A DNA stretch of 64,000 nt, taken from the NCBI GenBank assembly GCA_963771465.1, contig CAVYTU010000008.1, positions 286,469 through 350,468 of the forward strand, in the 5' to 3' direction. Of this stretch, positions 59,155 to 64,000 are shown piece after piece. The position numbers were made by a program, and so were the translations under genes. The number at the start of each line of letters is the position of its first letter. Within the stretch, counting starts at the first letter, position 1. Source of the DNA: an uncultured delta proteobacterium. Lineage in GTDB: Bacteria > Desulfobacterota > Binatia > UBA9968. The notes beneath the pieces are model-generated. The model did no database searches. It had not been told where the DNA came from and worked only from the letters and a program-made list of their open reading frames with translations.

Positions 59155-60640
59155 TCACTTGCGCGTGACCGTTGGCAGCCGGCCGGATGGGTTTTCCCAC
59201 CGGCACATGGATGAAGAACGACGTTCCTTTTCCAACGGTACTTTCAACCGTTACAAATCCCCCATGTTCTTGTACGATCTGGTGCGACACCGCTAGACCC
59301 AGACCGCTACCCTCGTCCTTGCTAGTGAAAAATGGATCGAAGATATGGTGTAAGTTTTCTTCCGGAATTCCGATACCATCATCTCTCACTTCGACTTGAA
59401 CGAACTCACCCGCAGGCTGGACTCCGCTTCTCTCGACGGCCCGACTCAAAAGCGTGATCTTGCCGGCGCCTGTCATCGCTTGGATAGCGTTCAAAATGAG
59501 GTTCATAAATACCTGCTTCATCTGCTCTCTGTCAATCCACGCCTTAGGCAAGTCAGCACCAAATTGGCGGGAAATTTCCACGCCCTTTTCCTTCGCCTGG
59601 GTTTCGAGAATGCGGGCGATATTATCGACTACATCGTTGACATTTTCCGGCGCCACATTGGGCTTGGATGGCCTTGCAAAGGTCAAGAGGTCGGTAATGA
59701 GACCGCAAATCCGATCAACTTCCTTGAGTGCCAGCCCTTGGAACCCCTCGCGGAATTCCGGATCGTCGTAACGTTCGGGTAAAAGTTGGGTGAATGTCCG
59801 GATGGCTACCAATGGATTACGAATTTCATGCGCGAGACCGGCCGTCAGCAGTCCTAGCGACGACAAGCGATCGGCACGCCGCAAAGTATCCTGCGACTGC
59901 TTCAGCTCCCGCTCGCGCTGCACAAGCCGCTCGGCCATCTGATCGAACCCCAAGGCGAGGGTGCCGATCTCATCGTCTCTAACGATGCCGACTCGATATT
60001 GCAGATCACCTTCCTCGATCCGTTTCGCGGCTATGGTGAGCTGTTCAATCGGTCTAACCATTCTCATCGCGATGCCGAAAATAATCGCCGCTCCAACGAA
60101 AAAGATCGCTGTCGAAATTGATATGCTCTTAATAGTCAGCGACCTCATTTCGCTAAGCATGGGATTGAGATTGAACCCTAGGCGAATTCCTCCCAGCTTC
60201 TGGTGCCCCAAAATCACCGGCTTGGAAATACCCAATATCTCTTTTTCATAATCGATATCGATAAGAGTCTGATCAGCTTTTATGACCCTCTGGCTTAGCT
60301 CGTCACGAAGCGTTGCGAGATACAATCGATTGTCGTCGTGAAAGTCTCCCACGATTCTGCCTTTGTCATCGTAGATATAGGCATAATCAACATCAGGTAG
60401 AGCCTTTGCCTGCCGCGCAATTGCTCCAAGGTGGTAGATATCCATCTTATAAAGCGGAGCCGAGACACTTAGCTCCATAAGGTCGATCCCGACTCGTGCT
60501 CTATCGCCCATCTCCTCGATCAAAAGACTCCTCTGAGACCGAATCGTTAGGAACGTGAGAGCGCCCAGCGCAGCCAGGTAGAAAAGTGCAAAAGAGAGAA
60601 AAACCCGGAGCTTGAGACCGAGTTTAAACTTTCGAGACAT
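59132..60640 (-). CDS. Membrane-bound HAMP sensor histidine kinase
   Basis: Two TM segments, periplasmic domain, HAMP (RDDEIGTLA), LAHEIRNPL, NLILNA, DDGIGI, GSGLGL. Confidence 0.93.
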   Translation of the reverse strand: MSRKFKLGLKLRVFLSFALFYLAALGALTFLTIRSQRSLLIEEMGDRARVGIDLMELSVSAPLYKMDIYHLGAIARQAKALPDVDYAYIYDDKGRIVGDFHDDNRLYLATLRDELSQRVIKADQTLIDIDYEKEILGISKPVILGHQKLGGIRLGFNLNPMLSEMRSLTIKSISISTAIFFVGAAIIFGIAMRMVRPIEQLTIAAKRIEEGDLQYRVGIVRDDEIGTLALGFDQMAERLVQRERELKQSQDTLRRADRLSSLGLLTAGLAHEIRNPLVAIRTFTQLLPERYDDPEFREGFQGLALKEVDRICGLITDLLTFARPSKPNVAPENVNDVVDNIARILETQAKEKGVEISRQFGADLPKAWIDREQMKQVFMNLILNAIQAMTGAGKITLLSRAVERSGVQPAGEFVQVEVRDDGIGIPEENLHHIFDPFFTSKDEGSGLGLAVSHQIVQEHGGFVTVESTVGKGTSFFIHVPVGKPIRPAANGHAQVNEANLSH

Positions 60641-60649
60641 GGTTGATTG

Positions 60650-61573
60650 CTACCACGATTCAACCTGTTTCCCGAGGGAAGAGAAAATGAATTTTTCAAC
60701 CACTCTCATGCGTTCATGAGATGCTGGGGGGATCGCGTCGATATTGGTTGTACCCTGCTGTCGGGTCAGCACCCCTTGACCTTCTGGATTTTTATCCATG
60801 CTGATCAACAACTCTTTGACCGCTGCAACGATCTTAGGGTCGAGATCCTTTCGTACCGAAATGATTTGTCGCGGCACGGAGATTGATTTTGCAGCGATCT
60901 TGATTCCTTCTTGAATCTCGGGCCTCAAAGCTTGAAACTCCCGATAGGATGTCGCAGCGGCATCGACTTTGCCGGTGACTAGTAGATTGATCGCGTTATC
61001 GTCGCTACCGTGAATATAACCTATGGCATCTGATTCGACCTTTCCCGGCGTCACCACTTGAACCAGTTTGAACTTATGCTCCGTCAAAATCATGCGGGGA
61101 AGAATGTGAGCAGAGGTCGAATGAGGCTCATCAAATGCGAGAACTTTACCCTTCAAACCACTCAGAGCGTCGATACCGCTATCCTTTTTCACCAAGATGA
61201 CACTGTAGTACTCAGCTTCCTTATACTTCCATTGCCTCAAAATAGGCATGGAACCTGACCACTTGGACATTACCAATGTCGCGGCGACGCTATCATGGAA
61301 GAGATCGACTTTGCCCTCTTTTGCGGCCTGGGCAAGCTGGCTAACCTTATCGACTACTAGAATTTTACCTCCGGTAAACCCCAGTGGGGCCAATTTCTTA
61401 GCGATATAATCAACAAACTCTTGGCGATCCTTGATGGCTCTGACCGGATTATCCTGAACTCTACCGAAGACAAGAAGCTTTTCCTCGGCACCGAGAGCAG
61501 AATGAGAAGCCAAAGCGATTGATAGGAAAATGAAGGAACAAATCGATACGAGAACCGGCCTGTAGCGGTACAT
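60650..61573 (-). CDS. Phosphate/phosphite/phosphonate-binding protein (PhnD-like)
   Basis: Signal peptide; YYSVILVKKDSGI, LKGKVLAF, STSAHILP, GKVDAAA. Confidence 0.8.
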   Translation of the reverse strand: MYRYRPVLVSICSFIFLSIALASHSALGAEEKLLVFGRVQDNPVRAIKDRQEFVDYIAKKLAPLGFTGGKILVVDKVSQLAQAAKEGKVDLFHDSVAATLVMSKWSGSMPILRQWKYKEAEYYSVILVKKDSGIDALSGLKGKVLAFDEPHSTSAHILPRMILTEHKFKLVQVVTPGKVESDAIGYIHGSDDNAINLLVTGKVDAAATSYREFQALRPEIQEGIKIAAKSISVPRQIISVRKDLDPKIVAAVKELLISMDKNPEGQGVLTRQQGTTNIDAIPPASHERMRVVEKFIFSSLGKQVESW

Positions 61574-61623
61574 AGTTATACCTCCTAAAATTGTTCTTTT
61601 TATGACTAATGCGTTTTATTCTA

Positions 61624-62829
61624 CTACTGTTTCTTAACGGCGGCAAATTTGCCACCGTAAGAGTGTATCACATCGGTGGGCAGCTGCGGTACCGAATTTG
61701 GCAGGATAAAAGAGGTCAGAGCGGAGAAAATAACCAGTATGGACGAAAAATAGAACACCCAGCTAAAACCAACCGAATCTGCGAGAATCCCCGCAATAAA
61801 AATGGCAATTGGTTTAAAAACGTTCGAGAGAGTTTTGAAGGCGGCAAGATCGATAGACGTTTGCTCCTCAGTAGCAAATTCCAGTTTCAGGTGATTCTGA
61901 TAAACTGCGCACGCGCTATTCAACAACTGATACAAACATATCAAGAACAAAAATAAGTAAATGGATGTGGGGAGCGACAAACTTAGGCATACGGGCACCA
62001 GCAATAAACCACTTATTACCAAAGCCTTGCGAGAATCACGGCCGACAAGAAGTCGCTTTGACAAAATGCCGACGTTAAGCCCATAAAACATAAGCCCCGC
62101 CATCATCACCGCCCCTACCAGGGTCGGCGACAGCCCAAATTCAACTGTCAGATACACGGGCAGAATGGCGCTTGCCCAAGCGTCTTCCGCGCCTTGAAGA
62201 AACCCGCGGGAAAGCCCCAGGGTCTTGATCTTGGCGTCAACGGATCCCCATACTTTGAGAAGAGGTGTCCTCGCTTGTTCCCGGACATCCGGGAGATAAA
62301 GTAAAGCTACTGCGGCACTGAATGCAGTTAGCAGACCAAAAACGATGACGGAAAACTTGAAAGGGACGAGCGCTATCAACGCGCCGCCTACAAGCATACC
62401 AATTCCCTTTGCCACGTCGCGAACGCCGAGGATCATATTTATATGGTGCGCTTGACTCTCTTTAGGAGAGAAATGCTTGACATAAACTTCGCTCATAAGC
62501 GGCATGGTAACGAGCCCACGCACAAATCTCTCCAAATATATCAAGACGAAAGCAGGGTCAAAAATATACATGAAGGAAATCATGCTGTGAACGCCGAGGC
62601 AGCCCACCAGGCAACGTCTATATCCCAGGCGGTTGATCGCCAGCCCGATTACTACGGGGGCGAGAACCTGAGCGACGGCATCGAAGAAAAAGAGAAAAGC
62701 GATCTTGGATATCGACACGCCGACCGACGCGAAATAGACAGGCAGAATAACCCGTAACGCGCCGATCGTTAATGAAGCACTCCACAAGCCCAAGGCGACA
62801 ATCGCTAGGGTCCGCTTATGGTTTTTCAT
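61624..62829 (-). CDS. MFS transporter
   Basis: 401 aa with about 12 TM segments; GLAINRLGYRR loop; AGILADSVGF. Confidence 0.8.
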   Translation of the reverse strand: MKNHKRTLAIVALGLWSASLTIGALRVILPVYFASVGVSISKIAFLFFFDAVAQVLAPVVIGLAINRLGYRRCLVGCLGVHSMISFMYIFDPAFVLIYLERFVRGLVTMPLMSEVYVKHFSPKESQAHHINMILGVRDVAKGIGMLVGGALIALVPFKFSVIVFGLLTAFSAAVALLYLPDVREQARTPLLKVWGSVDAKIKTLGLSRGFLQGAEDAWASAILPVYLTVEFGLSPTLVGAVMMAGLMFYGLNVGILSKRLLVGRDSRKALVISGLLLVPVCLSLSLPTSIYLFLFLICLYQLLNSACAVYQNHLKLEFATEEQTSIDLAAFKTLSNVFKPIAIFIAGILADSVGFSWVFYFSSILVIFSALTSFILPNSVPQLPTDVIHSYGGKFAAVKKQ

Positions 62830-62865
62830 TGAGATGGGAGATGGTCTTACCCTAGCGGTCGACCC

Positions 62866-63915
62866 TCACCGCCGTAAGCCTTGATCAGACGCAAAAAATA
62901 ATCTCGTCTCACTGTAATTCTTTAAAGGCCCTCGAAACAAACAGCCGACTCCTTCAACAAACTTTAAGAACCCTGTTTCCTGAATGCGATAATTCTTCTC
63001 TAAAGCTCCGATCCATCCCGGCTGAGTACCTTGTGGATACTTGAGTTCCAGAATAGTCTTATTTGATTTCCCTGCTGATTCTTCAATGGGATACTTCCAC
63101 GAATCATAAGTAAAGACATCAGTGCCTACGCTGTAGTACTGGTTATCCCAATCAAGAGAAACTCGCTCTGCCTCATTCTGAATGGCCAATCTCTTGTATG
63201 TCAGCAAAAAGAAGGGCCTGAGGCCCATGGTTAGAATTAGTTCCTGAATTTCCCGATACAAATTTCGAATGACCCCAGGCTCGACGCCATTCTCGCTATC
63301 TTCGAGGACGCTTTGCGTTACCTCTCTACCCTCCAAGAAGCCTACAAGATCCGCTCTGTTCAATCTGAATCTCTTTTTTCTCCATTGTCCCTTAATGCTG
63401 GTCTTAACCTCTATCCAGTAGCTTGACAACGGTTTTGGAGACTCGCCAAAAGGTTCATACGTTCTGAGCCGCACGAGCATACGACGAGCAGGATTCAAGA
63501 CCGTATAACGCGTCATGTCATAGTCTCTGTTATCGAAATAGACGGTACCGATACAGGCAATTTCGTCTATCGGTTTCAGCCCGTATTTGGAAAAGAACTC
63601 GACTAGCTCACGCCACAGGGCCGCCACCTCGTTCTGACTCACACTTACTTCATAATTTCTTTCAATTCGATCTTGGTAATTAGGACCTTCCGTATGGAAT
63701 TCCGTGATCACATCCGAGCTAATTTCATGCTTCGCTAAAAGGTTTAAATCGCCAGCATCAATCCCTAGTCCGTTTGCCGTTGGCGGCCACAACGTCTGTC
63801 GCCTCATTTCTGCTATTGGATACTTCAAGAGCGCCTCCCCCGATGTCGTCATGTCTTCGCTGAGGACGTCCCGCGATGAAATTGGCGCGGCAATAACACC
63901 CTCGAACTCTTGCAT
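62866..63915 (-). CDS. VTC/CYTH-like (polyphosphate polymerase) domain protein
   Basis: ERNY (ExKY-like), TVYFD, VRLRTY, IEVK...KKR, YKRLA, RVSLD, ILELKY; extreme C-terminus may be frameshifted. Confidence 0.75.
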   Translation of the reverse strand: MQEFEGVIAAPISSRDVLSEDMTTSGEALLKYPIAEMRRQTLWPPTANGLGIDAGDLNLLAKHEISSDVITEFHTEGPNYQDRIERNYEVSVSQNEVAALWRELVEFFSKYGLKPIDEIACIGTVYFDNRDYDMTRYTVLNPARRMLVRLRTYEPFGESPKPLSSYWIEVKTSIKGQWRKKRFRLNRADLVGFLEGREVTQSVLEDSENGVEPGVIRNLYREIQELILTMGLRPFFLLTYKRLAIQNEAERVSLDWDNQYYSVGTDVFTYDSWKYPIEESAGKSNKTILELKYPQGTQPGWIGALEKNYRIQETGFLKFVEGVGCLFRGPLKNYSETRLFFASDQGLRR

Positions 63916-64000
63916 GACGTCGTCGTTTCTAAACTCGTCGTAAATAATGCTTTATTCTTCGAAATTTGTTGAACAATGTAGCTAGTCATTTTGCGGCTTT

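Overview
A gene-dense 64 kb bacterial window. Many orphan Bug/SsuA/TAXI binding proteins, sigma54 activators and aromatic-degradation genes suggest a Binatia/deltaproteobacterial-type genome; this is inference only. I found no rRNA, tRNA, CRISPR array, integrase or transposase. About ten genes carry single-base frameshifts, most likely sequencing errors. Layout: (1) 1-14 kb, metabolic and transport genes, including a cytochrome c/beta-propeller gene followed by His-rich membrane proteins. (2) 14-32 kb, an accessory block with a dead GT-C gene, an orphan DndB/DGQHR gene, a YddA/BacA-like ABC transporter and a 14 kb minus-strand glycosylation operon behind a sigma54 promoter. That operon encodes a GH-A/GT2 fusion, an ABC exporter, four paralogous CgeB-like GT-B proteins, a methyltransferase, a 51-aa mini-homolog of that methyltransferase and two GT-C enzymes with near-identical 3' ends. 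(3) 33-50 kb, a LigB-like dioxygenase, a second cytochrome/propeller protein, an atypical SOD, a CheB-CheR-kinase-sigma54 activator module with an adjacent sigma54 promoter, and an EEP/PLD pair. (4) 50-64 kb, an Fe3+-family ABC transporter and a signalling operon (VTC-domain protein, MFS, PhnD-like protein, kinase, REC-AAA-DHp pseudo-enzyme, NtrC-type activator, hybrid kinase). The most striking observations are seven palindromic AGCT-core octamers phased at 22-23 bp directly upstream of the orphan dndB-like gene, the REC-AAA-DHp pseudo-enzyme fusion, and the glycosylation operon.
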